Program-made: the position numbers and the translations under genes | NCBI RefSeq assembly: GCF_001194135.2 | Contig: NC_068986.1 | Location: 8,333,937-8,397,936 of the forward strand | Direction: 5' to 3' | Source: Octopus bimaculoides | Lineage: Eukaryota | Length of the DNA stretch: 64,000 bases | The notes under the pieces: model-generated | The model's input: the letters and a program-made list of their open reading frames with translations, nothing else | The model's database searches: none | What the model was told of the DNA's origin: nothing | Shown here: positions 62,957 to 64,000 of the stretch, in pieces | How the letters are laid out: each line of letters starts with the position of its first letter | How positions within the stretch are numbered: the first letter of the stretch is position 1

Positions 62957-63180
62957 AGAAGAATGAGACCTCGATATTAGGTAAATAGAAGATTATTTAT
63001 ATATGTATAGTTTAGGACAATCAGTAAGGTGTCATTATAGTACTGGGAGTTTCGAATGCGAAGAGCTACGATGCATTCTCGTCGGCTATTAATGGCAATA
63101 GACGCAACGAAAAAAACCTTTGAATAAAGGGGTTGTTACTCTAATCCTCTATTTACCTAATATTGAGGTCTCATTCTTCT
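62957..63180 (-). mobile_element. 224-bp HHR-bearing module bounded by 33-bp inverted repeats
   Basis: 62957-62989 and 63148-63180 are reverse complements at 32/33 positions. Confidence 0.8.
63037..63089 (-). ncRNA. Type-I hammerhead ribozyme, CCGACGA core variant
   Basis: ATAG-CCGACGA-GAATGC [13-nt loop] GCATTC-GAAA-C TCCCA G-TA^-CTAT: perfect 4-bp stem I and 6-bp stem II with G10.1-C11.1. Confidence 0.8.
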
Positions 63181-63194
63181 GTTGTCAGTTTTTG

Positions 63195-63232
<38 letters not shown>

Positions 63233-63239
63233 GTTCAGT

Positions 63240-63360
63240 AGTTTTATTTTTATAACGTGCTTTCACTTCACTACTGAGCGCAGCTCTGTGCGCCTTGGGT
63301 ACGTGCTGTGGTTTGCTGTGGTGCTCTTATGGTTACTGTATTGAAAGTGTTTTGCGTAGG
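63240..63360 (-). mobile_element. R4/Dong family A extreme 3' end between (TAA)n tracts
   Basis: LRKTLSIQ* plus a UTR matching 2360-2465; (TAA)n at ~63197-63232 and 63371-63412, the latter across a 10-N gap. Confidence 0.8.
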
Positions 63361-63370
63361 NNNNNNNNNN

Positions 63371-63412
<42 letters not shown>

Positions 63413-63413
63413 C

Positions 63414-63494
<81 letters not shown>

Positions 63495-63600
63495 AACAAA
63501 AGTAAGGACAAGCAAGTTGGGAAAGTTTATTTACACAAAATATTAGATACATTTAATAAAAAAAAAGATCTACATGTGTATGGATATAAAATAGTTCGAC

Positions 63601-63850
63601 TTACACAGAATATAAATGATATCAGGAGTTAAATGGGTTGAGTTTTACGAGCCCAACAACTGTTTCTGCGGGCTTGGTGGTGCGGAATAATGATAGTTAC
63701 TTGGTTCCATTATCGGATAACATCACCTCCATCTTCAGGGGGAGAATATTACATTTGAGGTATTGACAGAATGGAGTTTAAAGTGTCCATCTTTAAACTC
63801 TTTCCTGTCAACACCTCAAATGTATTTAAATTATTTAATATTCTGTGTAA
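63601..63850 (-). mobile_element. 250-bp HHR-bearing module with 13-bp inverted termini and an internal 34-bp-arm hairpin
   Basis: TTACACAGAATAT (63601-63613) / ATATTCTGTGTAA (63838-63850); hairpin arms at 63750-63783 and 63791-63824. Confidence 0.65.
63652..63741 (-). ncRNA. Type-I hammerhead ribozyme with long stem II
   Basis: CCC-CTGAAGA-[TG...CA, 65 nt]-GAAA-C AGTT G-TT^-GGG: canonical core, stem I CCC/GGG; stem III ACAGTTGT is self-complementary with G-U pairs; stem II base is weak. Confidence 0.65.
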
Positions 63851-63956
63851 ATCAACTTAGCTAACTTTCTTGTCGTTACATTTACTCCTCTACTTGAGCA
63901 TTTCAGAGCGTACTCGATATAGAAAACACCTGTCTCTAATCTATAAATTATGTGTA

Positions 63957-64000
<44 letters not shown>

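Overview
AT-rich, repeat-saturated eukaryotic non-coding DNA from a gapped draft assembly, with many N runs beside microsatellites. The SINE families and (AT)/(AC)/(AAT)/(GATA) microsatellite load suggest a cephalopod, most likely Octopus (inference, not searched). I find no intact host protein-coding gene; almost every long ORF in the track is a translated microsatellite or N gap. Recognisable content: three tRNA-derived SINE families, fragments of four R4/Dong-type (RLE) LINE families sitting in (TAA)n tracts, RTE/CR1-type LINE fragments, three Penelope-like element (PLE) remnants with RT and/or GIY-YIG, two internally deleted mariners plus a Tc1 end, an internally deleted Helitron, and a chromodomain-like relic. 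The most interesting signal is a set of six minimal type-I hammerhead ribozyme (HHR) motifs, plus a foldback carrying two half-motifs. Five have palindromic or quasi-palindromic stem III, three carry CCGANGA instead of the canonical CUGANGA, two have long stem II inserts, and three lie in short modules bounded by inverted repeats. Weak, unconfirmed traces of decayed LRR-like, TIR-like and C2H2-like coding sequence are also noted. All protein-family calls are motif recognition by eye.
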